A DNA stretch of 64,000 bases, taken from NCBI GenBank assembly GCA_013003155.1, contig JABDKF010000267.1, forward strand, positions 6,258 to 70,257, given 5' to 3'. The stretch comes from Woeseia sp. (lineage in GTDB: Bacteria; Pseudomonadota; Gammaproteobacteria; Steroidobacterales; Woeseiaceae). Within the stretch, counting starts at the first letter, position 1, and each line of letters begins with the position of its first letter. Below the pieces are notes generated by a model, which worked only from the letters and a program-made list of their open reading frames with translations, searched no databases and was not told where the DNA came from. Positions 9,689 to 20,374 of this stretch are shown piece after piece. The position numbers and the translations under genes are program-made.

Positions 9689-10439
9689 GCATTCCGACGA
9701 CATGGACGAAAGCGTAAGGCGAGCGTATCGCCATTTCAGCACGGAATCTGCACCGGAAAAGCTGAATCGCGCAGTCTTGCGCGAAGCAAAGTCAGCTGCG
9801 CGACAGCCAGTCATTTCCAAAATATTTGCGTGGAGCAGACCGCTTGCGTTTGCGGCGACGTTGGTCCTGGGCGTTAGCCTCGTTTACGACATGCAAACAG
9901 TACTCAGGGAGACCGGTACACCGCTTCTGCCAGCATCCCAAACCATCGACAGCGCGGAGACCGTCAACGAGGAGGATGTCGCCGCACCCGCGCAACAGGC
10001 TGACACCGCACGGACTGACACTGACGGTGCAGAACGGACTCGCGACTTGTCAGGTGCCGACTCGGCTCCCCGGGCACGTCGCGCTGCACCGGCTGGATTT
10101 TCTGCGCCTGCAGCAACGTCTGCCGCACCTCGACCCCTGGAAAAGAGCTCGGCACTACCGCTCAACGACGACGCAACGAAACGAGTGCTCGAAAGCGAAG
10201 CTCAGGTTCCGGCTAAAGAGTTCAGGGCTCTCTCTCGCGAAGCGATTGCCGCTCCAGCCAGTGCCAAACAGTTACCAGCCAGTGATGTCGCGAGCGCGTG
10301 CAGTGACACGCGCTACGAGTCCGCCGAGCAATGGTGGAAATGTGTAAAAGCACTTGACGCTGCCGGCGACAGCGCGACGGCAGACGCGGAGCTGCGCAAG
10401 CTGGAAACACGCTATCCGGATTTCAGAGCGCCACGGTAA
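9678..10439 (+). CDS. Putative membrane anti-sigma factor
   Basis: Overlaps sigma stop; short cytoplasmic domain, single TM (PLAFAATLVLGVSLV), Ala/Pro-rich linker, C-terminal helical domain ending RYPDF. Confidence 0.7.
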   Translation: MKTEHSDDMDESVRRAYRHFSTESAPEKLNRAVLREAKSAARQPVISKIFAWSRPLAFAATLVLGVSLVYDMQTVLRETGTPLLPASQTIDSAETVNEEDVAAPAQQADTARTDTDGAERTRDLSGADSAPRARRAAPAGFSAPAATSAAPRPLEKSSALPLNDDATKRVLESEAQVPAKEFRALSREAIAAPASAKQLPASDVASACSDTRYESAEQWWKCVKALDAAGDSATADAELRKLETRYPDFRAPR

Positions 10440-10589
10440 CGCTGGATAAGATGCCGCAGGCCTGCGGCAGTGTTAGAATCGCTTCCCACGCGTTGCAAAG
10501 CGATGCGTTTTGTTTTTGCCCTTCTTAGGTCGCCCGCAGTTCCTGACTGGCGGACGGCACCGGGACGACCAGACTGCCAGGAAGCCACC

Positions 10590-11570
10590 ATGAAAAAACC
10601 CGTTCGCGTGACGATTACCGGCGCTGCCGGCCAGATCGGATATCAGCTGTCATTCCGGATCGCCTCCGGCCAGATGCTTGGCACCGACCAGCCGGTGATC
10701 TTGCAGCTACTCGAGATTACGCCGGCGCTCGACGCGTTGAAAGGCGTGGTCATGGAGCTGGAAGACTGTGCGTTCGACACGCTTGCGGGGATTGTCGCGA
10801 CGGACAACGCGGACGAAGCGTTCAAGAATAGCGACTATGCGCTGCTTGTTGGAGCACGGCCGCGTGGTCCGGGGATGGAACGCAAAGATTTGCTGGAAGC
10901 CAACGCGAAAATCTTTTCGGCACAGGGCAAGGCAATCAACGACCAAGCCAACCGCGACATCAAGGTTCTTGTTGTCGGTAATCCTGCCAATACGAACGCC
11001 CTGATAACGCGTTCAAACGCGCCGAATGTTAACCCGCGAAACTTCACCGCTATGACCCGCCTTGACCACAATCGTGCCGCCGCACAGCTGGCAGCGAAAA
11101 CCTCAAGTCATGTTTCGGACATACGCGGACTCACGATTTGGGGAAATCACTCAGCGACACAGTATCCTGATATTTACCATGCGACGGTCGGCGGAAAACC
11201 GGCATCGAAAATGGTCGATACGAAATGGCTGACCGACGATTTCATTCCCACCGTGCAACAACGCGGCGCGGCAATTATCAAAGCGCGCGGAGCGTCTTCC
11301 GCAGCATCGGCCGCCTCCGCAGCAATCGATCACATGCACGACTGGGCGCTGGGCACGCCCGCAGATAACTGGGTCAGCATGGCCGTGCCCAGCGACGGCA
11401 GCTACGGCATCGAAGAAGGCGTGATTTATTCGTATCCGGTGCGCTGCAACGGCGGCGACTATGAGATCGTCCAGGGCCTCGATATCAACGATTTCAGCCG
11501 CGAACGAATGTCGGCGACCGAGACAGAACTGCGTGAAGAACGCGCTGCCATTGCCAGTTTACTGTCTTGA
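10590..11570 (+). CDS. mdh: Malate dehydrogenase (type 2)
   Basis: [50 protein letters not shown]. Confidence 0.97.
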   Translation: MKKPVRVTITGAAGQIGYQLSFRIASGQMLGTDQPVILQLLEITPALDALKGVVMELEDCAFDTLAGIVATDNADEAFKNSDYALLVGARPRGPGMERKDLLEANAKIFSAQGKAINDQANRDIKVLVVGNPANTNALITRSNAPNVNPRNFTAMTRLDHNRAAAQLAAKTSSHVSDIRGLTIWGNHSATQYPDIYHATVGGKPASKMVDTKWLTDDFIPTVQQRGAAIIKARGASSAASAASAAIDHMHDWALGTPADNWVSMAVPSDGSYGIEEGVIYSYPVRCNGGDYEIVQGLDINDFSRERMSATETELREERAAIASLLS

Positions 11571-11821
11571 GCAGCAAGCGCTGGCGCCGAAATGGCGCCG
11601 ATGCTAGGGTCATCGCCTGACACCAATTGCTATTGGCGTCTGTTCGCGATGCGTCGCCGGGGGCGCATCCATTGGAACCGGATCCCTGGGGTGGGGGTCT
11701 GAATAAGCAAAGCGGGGCGTGCGGGTCGGTGAACAACTGACTGCTCGCGGTTACTCAGGTGCTTGTCATCGCGTGACTGCAGGGAGCAAATGCCGCCTTT
11801 CTGTTATGAGGGAAAATTATA

Positions 11822-14368
11822 GTGTCCAGTTTCATAGTTGGTCTTGCCTGGTTTCTGTTGTTTGCCGGAGGCGGAATTTATCTCGCCTACAAGCGGGTAA
11901 ATCTATTTAGTGCGACGGTTGCTGTCGGCGCGGCGCTGCTTGCGTACAGTATTTTTGGTGCAGGCCATGTGCTCTGGTTACTGCTGTTATGGCTTACGTT
12001 TGGCGTGATGGTCGTATTGAATTTTGAAGATCTGCGTCGCGACAAAATAACACGACCCGCACTAAAAATTTATCGCACGATGCTGCCATCGATGTCTGAC
12101 ACCGAACGCGAAGCCCTGGAGGCCGGCAGCGTCTGGTGGGACGGTGAACTGTTTTCCGGCATGCCTGACTGGGATCGATTGCTGTCTTTTCCGGCACCAA
12201 AACTTAGCGACGAAGAACAGGCGTTTCTTGACGGCCCTTGCGAAGAGCTTTGCCGCATGCTGGACGAATGGGACATTGCCCACCGGCGGGCAGACATGCC
12301 CGAGGAAGTTTGGGCATTTATCAAACGTCACAAGTTTTTCGCGATGATAATCCCGAAAAAATACGGCGGTCTGGAATTTTCGGCGTACGCGAATGCCATG
12401 GTTATCACCAAGCTGGCGAGCCGAAGTGCGACGGCTTCGTCGACGGTCGGCGTCCCGAACTCCCTGGGGCCGGCCGAGCTACTGCTGCACTACGGCACTG
12501 ACGAACAGAAGCAACGCTGGCTGCCGGGTCTCGCATCTGGCGAGGAAGTCCCTTGTTTTGCATTGACGTCTCCGCAGGCGGGTTCCGATGCGGCCGCGCT
12601 GATCGACAGCGGTGTTGTTTGTCGCGGTCAATGGGAAGGCAAAGAGATCATTGGCATACGCCTGAATTGGGACAAGCGATACATCACGCTGGCCCCTATC
12701 GCGACCGTGCTGGGCCTGGCCTTCAAACTTTATGACCCCGATCACCTGATCGGCGAGCAGGAAGACTACGGTATTACTGCAGCATTAATTCCAACCGACC
12801 TCCCCGGCATCGTCACGGGGCGCCGCCACTATCCGCTGACCATTCCATTCCAGAATGGACCGACCAGCGGCAAAGATGTCTTCGTACCGCTCGACTTCAT
12901 CATCGGCGGCCAGGAAATGGCCGGCAAAGGCTGGAAAATGCTGGTCGAGCTGTTGTCCGTAGGCCGTGCTATTACCCTGCCTTCAAGCGCCGCCGGCGGC
13001 GGGCAGGCAGCCGCGTGGGCAAGCGGCGCGTACACTCAGTTGCGCAAACAGTTTGGTTTGCCGGTGGCTAAATTTGACGGTGTTGGCGAGGCGCTAAGCC
13101 GTATTGCCGGCAACACTTACATAATGAATGCCGCAGTCTCAGTGACGGCGGGCGCCATCGTGCAGGGTGAGAAGCCGGCGGTACCGTCGGCGATTCTGAA
13201 ATACCATTGCACCGAACTGGGCCGCAACGTTTCCAACGACGCGATGGATGTGCATGGCGGCAAAGCCGTGATGATGGGCCCGAATAATTACCTCGGTCGC
13301 GGTTACATGGCGACGCCCATTGCGATCACTGTCGAAGGCGCAAATATTCTCACTCGCAGCCTGATTATCTTTGGGCAGGGTGCGATTCGTTGCCATCCAT
13401 TCGTATTGCGCGAATTGCAGGCTGCCCAGGACAACGACGAAGAACGCGGACTGATTGAATTTGATCAGGCGCTGTTTGGTCACATCGGCTACGCTATCAG
13501 CAATCTGGCACGCTCGTTCTTCATGGCACTCACGCACGCAAAGTTCAGCCTGGTGCCATTGAATACGCCGACCAGTCGTTATTACCAGAATATCAACCGC
13601 TACAGTGCGGCATTCGCATTGGCGTCAGATTTCGCGATGTTGACGCTGGGCGGAAAACTGAAAATCAAGGAATTATTGTCTGCAAGACTCGGCGACGTCC
13701 TCAGCTCTATGTACCTTGCGTCAACTGTTCTGAAACACTTCGAGGACCAGGGACGCCGCGCGGCTGACCTGCCGCTCGTGGAGTGGTCGGTTCGCACATT
13801 GATGTACGAGGCCCAGGAACAGCTGCACAGCTTTTTGCGCAATTTTCCGAACCGGCCAGTAGCGTTCTTTTTGCGCTGCTTTATTTTCCCGCGCGGGCGC
13901 ACCTATTCCGCGCCGTCTGATGAACTGGCCATGAAAGTCGTCGACCTCATCACCCAGACCGGCGAGTCCCGCGACCGACTGAGTAAGCAGGCGTACACGG
14001 CGCTCGAACCGGGCAACCCGCTCGGCCAGTTGCAAGAGGCTTTGCGGCTGTCTGAAGAACTCGCTCCGCTCGAGAAGAAGTTGCGAAAGGCGTACAAAGA
14101 CGGAGTGCTGAGGTCTGATTATCTTGGCTACCAGATTGATGAAGCCAGCAAGGCAGACATCATCACGGCTGACGAAGCAACGAGGCTGCGTGATTTCCAC
14201 GAGAAGGTTCTGCATCTGATGAGCGTCGATGACTTCGCACCGGCCGACCTGATGCGCGCGAAGGAACCATCTGCGGACGTGAGCGAGCGCTCACCCAGAA
14301 AAGTTGCGGCGCGCAAGAAAACGCCGGCGCGCAAGAAAACGGCAACGCGCAAGAAAAAGAAAGCATAG
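11822..14368 (+). CDS. fadE: Membrane-anchored acyl-CoA dehydrogenase FadE
   Basis: N-terminal TMs, TEREALEAG, VPNSLGPAELLLHYGT, CFALTSPQAGSDA, ITVEGANILTRSL. Confidence 0.95.
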   Translation: MSSFIVGLAWFLLFAGGGIYLAYKRVNLFSATVAVGAALLAYSIFGAGHVLWLLLLWLTFGVMVVLNFEDLRRDKITRPALKIYRTMLPSMSDTEREALEAGSVWWDGELFSGMPDWDRLLSFPAPKLSDEEQAFLDGPCEELCRMLDEWDIAHRRADMPEEVWAFIKRHKFFAMIIPKKYGGLEFSAYANAMVITKLASRSATASSTVGVPNSLGPAELLLHYGTDEQKQRWLPGLASGEEVPCFALTSPQAGSDAAALIDSGVVCRGQWEGKEIIGIRLNWDKRYITLAPIATVLGLAFKLYDPDHLIGEQEDYGITAALIPTDLPGIVTGRRHYPLTIPFQNGPTSGKDVFVPLDFIIGGQEMAGKGWKMLVELLSVGRAITLPSSAAGGGQAAAWASGAYTQLRKQFGLPVAKFDGVGEALSRIAGNTYIMNAAVSVTAGAIVQGEKPAVPSAILKYHCTELGRNVSNDAMDVHGGKAVMMGPNNYLGRGYMATPIAITVEGANILTRSLIIFGQGAIRCHPFVLRELQAAQDNDEERGLIEFDQALFGHIGYAISNLARSFFMALTHAKFSLVPLNTPTSRYYQNINRYSAAFALASDFAMLTLGGKLKIKELLSARLGDVLSSMYLASTVLKHFEDQGRRAADLPLVEWSVRTLMYEAQEQLHSFLRNFPNRPVAFFLRCFIFPRGRTYSAPSDELAMKVVDLITQTGESRDRLSKQAYTALEPGNPLGQLQEALRLSEELAPLEKKLRKAYKDGVLRSDYLGYQIDEASKADIITADEATRLRDFHEKVLHLMSVDDFAPADLMRAKEPSADVSERSPRKVAARKKTPARKKTATRKKKKA
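14309..14362 (+). repeat. 3 x 18-bp in-frame repeat encoding ARKKTP/ARKKTA/TRKKKK tail of FadE
   Basis: GCGCGCAAGAAAACGCCG GCGCGCAAGAAAACGGCA ACGCGCAAGAAAAAGAAA. Confidence 0.8.
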
Positions 14369-14471
14369 CCAAGACAGCGCCTGCACGACGGGGGCTGCGA
14401 TTTAAATAGCGCAACGCGGGTATTTGCGGCAATCGGTCTGCCGAGGCTTTATCATATCTGCCTGAATTTAT

Positions 14472-14966
14472 ATGGAGGAGAGCGCCGTGGCCCCTATTGT
14501 GCGACTCGCATGCCTGGTGCCGTTGCTTGTTGTTGCTTGTGGTGAGCAAGAACAGCCAGCAATGCAGAATGCAGTGAAGGCTAAAACCGAGAGCAGCGGG
14601 CCTGCGATGCCTCGATCCACAGCACCGGCCGATGCGCGGCTTTTCTTCGTCGAGCCGGCAAACAACGCAACGCTGAAAAACCCGGTAACGGTTGTGTTTG
14701 GGCTTGAAGGCATGGAAGTGGTTCCTGCGGGCACAGACGCGCCCGCTAGCGGCCACCATCATTTACTGGTTGATGTGCCGTTACCCACCATGGACCTGCC
14801 AATCCCGGCTGACGCGAATCACGTCCACTTCGGCAAGGGCGACACCGAAACGACGCTAACGCTCAGTCCAGGCGAGCATACGCTGCAGTTATTGCTGGGG
14901 GACTACCTGCATATTCCGCATCAGCCCCCGGTCATGTCGGAAACAATCCGCATCACGGTGCAATGA
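14472..14966 (+). CDS. DUF4399-like lipoprotein (His-rich)
   Basis: Lipobox VVAC; SGHHHLLVD, HVHFGKG, GEHTLQLLLGDYLHIPH; true start may be a later GTG. Confidence 0.8.
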   Translation: MEESAVAPIVRLACLVPLLVVACGEQEQPAMQNAVKAKTESSGPAMPRSTAPADARLFFVEPANNATLKNPVTVVFGLEGMEVVPAGTDAPASGHHHLLVDVPLPTMDLPIPADANHVHFGKGDTETTLTLSPGEHTLQLLLGDYLHIPHQPPVMSETIRITVQ

Positions 14967-15053
14967 GATGCTTGAGCCGGATTGCATAGCCAACTAGAAT
15001 TTGCGGGCTACGCCTTACGAGTGCCGCGCCGGACCTTTCAGCAAAAACAGTAA

Positions 15054-16526
15054 ATGAATAATAAAAGCATAGGAATCAGCGGTTTATCCGCATACGTACC
15101 GCCTTACCGCGTCTGGTTGGAGGACTGGTGCGAGTGGACCGGCAACCAGTGGCCCAAAGTGCGTGAGGTTGTCGGGCGCAGTTTCAGGGTACGCGGTCCT
15201 CATCAGAGCGTGTATACCATGGCCGCGACTGCGGTTATGCGGCTTATCAACCAGTACGATATCGACCCGGCACGGGTGAAGTTCCTCGGCCTCGGGACGG
15301 AATCAAGTACTGACAATTCCGCTGGCGCCATTATTGTAAAAGGCATGGTAGACCAGGCGCTGACCGCAGCGGGAAAACCGCCTATTTCCCGCAGCTGTGA
15401 AGTACCCGAATTCAAACACGCCTGCCTTGGCGGCGTATACGGTATGAAAGGTGCGTTGCGCCACCTGGCGCACGACGGCGCGGGCGGTCAGGCGATCGTT
15501 GTCTGTGCAGATATCGCGGAGTATGCGCGTGGCAGTAGCGGCGAACCGACGCAAGGCGCCGGTGCAGTCGCGATGTTGCTCGAAGAGAATCCGACGCTTG
15601 CCGAAGTCGACCTGATTCGTTCCGGCTCGGCGTCCGATTATCGGATCATGGATTTTCGGAAACCGATGCAGCGTTTTTGTGGTCAGGATCGCAGCGAATC
15701 ACACCAGGTTCAGGACTTCCCGGTTTTTAATGGCAAGTACTCGACGACCTGCTACATCGATGAAACGCTGCATGCACTGAACGACATGTACGACAAGCGC
15801 AATCTCAAGGCGATTGACTACATGCGGTCGCTGGAAACTGTGTTTATGCATCGTCCGTATCGGCGCATGCCGGAACAAGGGTGGGCACTGGCCTATTTAT
15901 TCGCGCTCGGCGGGGGTGGCTCTGCAGATCGCGCGGAACTTGCCTCTTATTGTTACGAAGCCGGCATTGAGCCTGCAGCGCTGCTGGCCGAAATGTCGAG
16001 CAAGCCTGAGATTGCCAACTTGGCCACACCTGATCGCCTGCACTTCGAGGCGTACCCGCAGGCCATGGCAGTATTTCGCGTGTTTCGCGCATCACGGCAT
16101 TACCGCCGCGAGATTCTCGACAAGATGGCGCTGGGCAGCGACACGATGCTCGACCTCGGCAACCTCTACACCGCAGCGTTGCCGGCATGGATGGCGGCCG
16201 GCTTTGAGCAGGCACTGGACGAGCACATAGATCTTGACGGCCAGGAATTGCTGACTCTGGGATACGGCAGCGGGGATGCGGCCGAGGTCATTCCGTTTAC
16301 CGTCGCTGCGGACTGGCGCGCCGCGACGGGCAAAATTCTATTTGCCGACGCCATGCGGACCGCGGTCGATTTGAGTCAGGAACAATACGCGGCGCTGCAC
16401 GACGGCAGGGCCGTGCGCGATCTCGACATTCTGCCCCGTGCTGAATTTGTCATCGACAAGGTTGGCCACTCGGATGATCGCCACTTCCAGGATATGGGAA
16501 TCGAGTATTACCGCTACGTCAGCTAG
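15054..16526 (+). CDS. mvaS: Hydroxymethylglutaryl-CoA synthase
   Basis: GTESSTDNS catalytic Glu, EFKHACLGG catalytic Cys, GEPTQGAGAVAML, HRPY, GNLYTA, GYGSG. Confidence 0.9.
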   Translation: MNNKSIGISGLSAYVPPYRVWLEDWCEWTGNQWPKVREVVGRSFRVRGPHQSVYTMAATAVMRLINQYDIDPARVKFLGLGTESSTDNSAGAIIVKGMVDQALTAAGKPPISRSCEVPEFKHACLGGVYGMKGALRHLAHDGAGGQAIVVCADIAEYARGSSGEPTQGAGAVAMLLEENPTLAEVDLIRSGSASDYRIMDFRKPMQRFCGQDRSESHQVQDFPVFNGKYSTTCYIDETLHALNDMYDKRNLKAIDYMRSLETVFMHRPYRRMPEQGWALAYLFALGGGGSADRAELASYCYEAGIEPAALLAEMSSKPEIANLATPDRLHFEAYPQAMAVFRVFRASRHYRREILDKMALGSDTMLDLGNLYTAALPAWMAAGFEQALDEHIDLDGQELLTLGYGSGDAAEVIPFTVAADWRAATGKILFADAMRTAVDLSQEQYAALHDGRAVRDLDILPRAEFVIDKVGHSDDRHFQDMGIEYYRYVS

Positions 16527-17109
16527 CTTTGTCTTTCACGGACGTCGTGTAAACAGCGAGGCGTCCGGAAAACTCCTCCTGCAAACGCTGCCACTCCATT
16601 CTTAACCACGGCGTAAACATCGCGGAATCCGCGGCCAACTCAGCGCTCAATTCCTGCGCCTGAACGTAACGAAACGCCGCAATTTCGTTGCTGTTTACCT
16701 TTACTGCATCGTTGCTCCGCCCCAGAAATACCCAGCAAAGCTCGTGTTCCGCGCCCTCGTCCCCATACTGTGCCTGGTAACTGAATTTATAGACAAACTC
16801 CACGTTTGCGCGTATTCCCAGCTCTTCCTCAATACGCCGCAACGTCGCCTCCGCCATGCTTTCTCCCTTGCGTGGATGGCTGCAACAACTGTTCGACCAG
16901 AAGTTTGGCCAAAGTCGTTTGCCGGGCGCGCGTTGCTGCAGCAGCAATTGCCCGGCGTCGTTGAATAAAAAGACTGAGAATGCTCGATGCAAAACGCCAG
17001 CACCATCATGACAACGCGCCTTGTCCAGAAAACCGGTCTCGCGATCGTCAGCGTCGACCAGTATTAACGTCTCGTCGTCAGATGAAACTATTTTGTCGGT
17101 GCTCGCCAT
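16519..17109 (-). CDS. idi: Isopentenyl-diphosphate isomerase, type 1
   Basis: LHRAFSVFLFN, LLLQQRA, WSNSCCSHP, EHELCWV, FTPW. Confidence 0.95.
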   Translation of the reverse strand: MASTDKIVSSDDETLILVDADDRETGFLDKARCHDGAGVLHRAFSVFLFNDAGQLLLQQRAPGKRLWPNFWSNSCCSHPRKGESMAEATLRRIEEELGIRANVEFVYKFSYQAQYGDEGAEHELCWVFLGRSNDAVKVNSNEIAAFRYVQAQELSAELAADSAMFTPWLRMEWQRLQEEFSGRLAVYTTSVKDKAS

Positions 17110-19365
17110 TTACAAATTCCTCTGGTCGGCGCGGCTCTTGTTGAGTCTGATGAAAGCGTAGCCTGCATCCTGCATCGCGGAGGCCACCTCGTCGCAACGA
17201 TCCGGGCAAAGCGCGACGATGGATCCGCCGCCGCCCGACCCCGTCAATTTTGCACCGACAGCGCCGGATCTGCGCGCGATCTGAATCATCTTTTCAAGTT
17301 CCGGGGTAGACACCTCGATTGCGTTCAAAAAACCCTGGCAAACGTTCATCATCGAGCCGAGCGCCGCATAGTCACGATCCCGCAATGCTACCGCACCGGC
17401 AATACTGAGTTCATCGATCTCTGCAAAAATCGTGTCGTAGAGAGACGGGTTAGCCTCGTAGCGTTTGCGCACGCCGCTTACCATTTCTTTTGTCGACCCG
17501 CGCTGACTGCTTGACGCTATCACGAGCGGCGGCACCTCTCTTAGCGTAATCGGACGGGTACGGGAAGCAGAGGAACGTGAATACAATACAGGTTCGCTGT
17601 AGGTAGCAACGTTGTTGTCTATTCCGGAAGGCGTGCCGTGTGACAGCCTTTCGCATTCGAGTGCGAGCGCGTCGACGTCGCGATTTGCGAGACCAAGGTT
17701 TAGTAGCACATCGAATGCTCGAATGACTGCCACGGCCAGCGCTGCCGAAGCGCCGAGCCCCATCGCCGCCGGTATGCGTGCGTCGACGTCGATGCTGAAC
17801 ATATTGTCAGGCAATTGCAGTACCCGCATGATCAGGGCGGCGATTGCCTGCGCGCCCGGCCGCGGGCTTTCCTGAGTCAGGCTTTGTTGTATTCCCCAGG
17901 CCGGGATAGAAATGCGCGGTGCGTCACCGGCTTTGCGCGCGCATGCGAGTACCGCATCAGGCAAGGGGACGGCCAAAGCGTGCTTGTCGTAAACCGCTGC
18001 GTGTTCGCCCAACAAAATAACTTTGCCTGACGCGGCGCCGTGCGGCTCATCAGGCCTGACTATTGGCTTTGACAACGCTTCCATCCGATAGTCGTCTATC
18101 AGCTCATCTGCTTTCCAAGACTTTATTTCGCCACTCTCGATTAATCCTGCCACGACGCGATCGAACATCTCTGGCGGAACGCCGGCGCTGGCCGCGACGC
18201 TGCGCGCATGCAGCCGCATGTGCCCCTTCTGAATTCCGTGCGTCACGAGCGCGCGTAGCGCAGCGAAGTTTTGCGCCAGTCCTACGGCAGCCATCAGACA
18301 CGCCAGTTGCTTCGATGTATGAATTCCTGCGATTTTTAGTGCGAGCGGAACCGCCGGGTTACTTTCAAGAGACCCGCCGACGATGCCGACTTTCAGGGGC
18401 ACGGTTAATGAACCGCAAAGACTGCCGTCGTCACCGATAGTCCATTCGCTTAATGAGCTGTAGCGCTCGCCGCGCGCGGCATAGGCGTGCGCGCCTGCCT
18501 CTATCGCGCGCCAGTCGTTGCCAGTCGCTATAGCCACGGCATCAATGCCGTTCATGATGCCCTTATTGTGTGTTGCGGCGCGGTACGGATCCTTTTCTGC
18601 CAGCGCAGTAGCCTGCACGATTTCATCCCGCACGAATTCTGCGCTAAATGTCGCTGTGCCCAGCTGCTCGAGTGGGATTGTCACGCGCGCTGTGACGAGT
18701 GATCGATCTGCGAGGTTCGACAGAATTCTTAACGCGACACGCGCTCCGGTAATGTTGGTAATGCGCGGCGCGAGGCGCTCGCAAATCGTGTTGACGAGAT
18801 TGGCGCCCATGGCATCGCAGGTATCGACCAACAGATGCACGACGACTGTCCAGCCTCCATCGGCAAGTTGATGTTTGAAGTATTCGAAGCCCTCCACGCC
18901 TCCACCGCGTGCCAACAAGTTCGGATGAATAAGGTTAGCGAGTCGTTGCAACTCGCCCTCAGCGTCTCGCAATGAACTAATAACAGCGTCTGGATCCTCA
19001 AGATCCACAAGCTGCAGCTGACCAATTAACAGCGATTCGGGCATGTCTACCTGTAAACCGCCTGCGGCGCGCATCAGCTTGGCAGCACCACTCAAGCCGG
19101 CGACGATGGATGGCTCTTCAACCACCAGCGGCGCCAGGTGCTCATCGCCGTTGATAACGAAGCCGGGCGCGATGGCGAACGGCAAGCCAAAAACACCAAT
19201 CACGTTTTCAATCAGTTTGTCGGCCATTGGAGCACGCAACACGCTATCGCCGCGTAGAAACCGCGCTGCCTCTTCCTCACTTAGCACGCTATTGGCGACG
19301 AGCATCGCCAGCCGCTTTTCCAGGCTGAGTCGGTAGAATTTCGGGTATTCGGTTTTAGCCGCCAT
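17110..19365 (-). CDS. mvaA: Class II HMG-CoA reductase fused to C-terminal mevalonate kinase
   Basis: ENVIG, EEPSIVA, DAMGAN, THNKGIMNG, HMRLH, then in frame GKVILLGEHAAVY, GLGASAA, HGTPSGID, GAKLTGSGGGG. Confidence 0.92.
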   Translation of the reverse strand: MAAKTEYPKFYRLSLEKRLAMLVANSVLSEEEAARFLRGDSVLRAPMADKLIENVIGVFGLPFAIAPGFVINGDEHLAPLVVEEPSIVAGLSGAAKLMRAAGGLQVDMPESLLIGQLQLVDLEDPDAVISSLRDAEGELQRLANLIHPNLLARGGGVEGFEYFKHQLADGGWTVVVHLLVDTCDAMGANLVNTICERLAPRITNITGARVALRILSNLADRSLVTARVTIPLEQLGTATFSAEFVRDEIVQATALAEKDPYRAATHNKGIMNGIDAVAIATGNDWRAIEAGAHAYAARGERYSSLSEWTIGDDGSLCGSLTVPLKVGIVGGSLESNPAVPLALKIAGIHTSKQLACLMAAVGLAQNFAALRALVTHGIQKGHMRLHARSVAASAGVPPEMFDRVVAGLIESGEIKSWKADELIDDYRMEALSKPIVRPDEPHGAASGKVILLGEHAAVYDKHALAVPLPDAVLACARKAGDAPRISIPAWGIQQSLTQESPRPGAQAIAALIMRVLQLPDNMFSIDVDARIPAAMGLGASAALAVAVIRAFDVLLNLGLANRDVDALALECERLSHGTPSGIDNNVATYSEPVLYSRSSASRTRPITLREVPPLVIASSSQRGSTKEMVSGVRKRYEANPSLYDTIFAEIDELSIAGAVALRDRDYAALGSMMNVCQGFLNAIEVSTPELEKMIQIARRSGAVGAKLTGSGGGGSIVALCPDRCDEVASAMQDAGYAFIRLNKSRADQRNL

Positions 19366-20374
19366 GGTCTTCTCTTGTGCAGCGCACACCTTCCACACCG
19401 AAGCCTAATTCGAGAGGCTGAAAGCCAAGCGTCGGCGCCAGCTCGGTAAAAGACTGCAATTTTTTCGCATCCAGTGCTATTGCGAGGCCGACGTCCCCGC
19501 CACCGGCCCCGCAGGGTTTGTAGAAAAGTCCGTCATTGTTCGCTGCAGCGGCCATTTCCGCATGGCCGCCTGCGTAAATGCCGAGCTTTTGGTCAGCATC
19601 GAATTCGCTGAGCGCCTCACCGTACTGTCGGTGCTGCGCGAACAGCTCTGCTGCGTTACCGGATCGCCAGCACCCGGCAAGTGTGTCGGCTGCCGCGCAC
19701 AGCTTGTGAAGCGTTGCATGTCGTCCCGCACCCTGCAAGCTCGTCGACAATGCTTTGATACTGGCTGCCGTGCTTGCAGGTTTGCCGCTCCAGAGAACCG
19801 CAAGGTGCAGTCCGTCGGGTAGCGCTACTTTCGGCGGCGCGCCACGATCACGGCAAAAATCAATAACGCCCCCGTGCACAGCGCAGGCAATATCCACGCC
19901 GCTGCCGCCACCCTGAAAGTCCTGGTGAATCCTGCCGGCGAGCTGTGCAATTGAAATTTTGTCGTTCTTAAATGTGAATGCCGCTGTTAGCGCCACGCAG
20001 AGGGCGGCGCTGGAACCCAGTCCCAACTTGCTTCGTTTCACTGGGTCAACGAACTCTGAAGTGTCCATTGTGATGAGAGCGCCCCGCAGGGAGAGTGGAG
20101 CGCAGGCGCGCCACGCGCGCTCAAACAAGCTGAAGTTTTTTTTCGCAGGCACACTTGTCGCCGCTTGCAAGAGGCCATCTTCCGTTGCCCGGTAGCGAAC
20201 GCTCTCCTCGCAGTATCCTGGCGCTCGTACTTCGATCCACGGCTTGTCAGTCGTTTCAATCACGACCCTGGCAAAGCGATTTACGGTGGCGGCGACTGCG
20301 TGAGCCCCGTGCAACACGGCATACTCTCCCGCCAACACGACTTTTCCCGGCGCTATTGCACGCACGGTGATCAC
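19355..20374 (-). CDS. GHMP kinase, probable phosphomevalonate kinase
   Basis: APGKVVLAGEYAVL, KLGLGSSAA, GSGVDIA, KPCGAGGGD; lies between mvaD and mvaA. Confidence 0.85.
   Translation of the reverse strand: MITVRAIAPGKVVLAGEYAVLHGAHAVAATVNRFARVVIETTDKPWIEVRAPGYCEESVRYRATEDGLLQAATSVPAKKNFSLFERAWRACAPLSLRGALITMDTSEFVDPVKRSKLGLGSSAALCVALTAAFTFKNDKISIAQLAGRIHQDFQGGGSGVDIACAVHGGVIDFCRDRGAPPKVALPDGLHLAVLWSGKPASTAASIKALSTSLQGAGRHATLHKLCAAADTLAGCWRSGNAAELFAQHRQYGEALSEFDADQKLGIYAGGHAEMAAAANNDGLFYKPCGAGGGDVGLAIALDAKKLQSFTELAPTLGFQPLELGFGVEGVRCTREDHGG

Noticed and set aside
11740-11800. Glycine riboswitch (CTCAGGT, GGAGCAA fragments)
   Set aside because: Motifs are in the wrong order, no GGAGA/CCGAAG core, and the downstream gene is fadE
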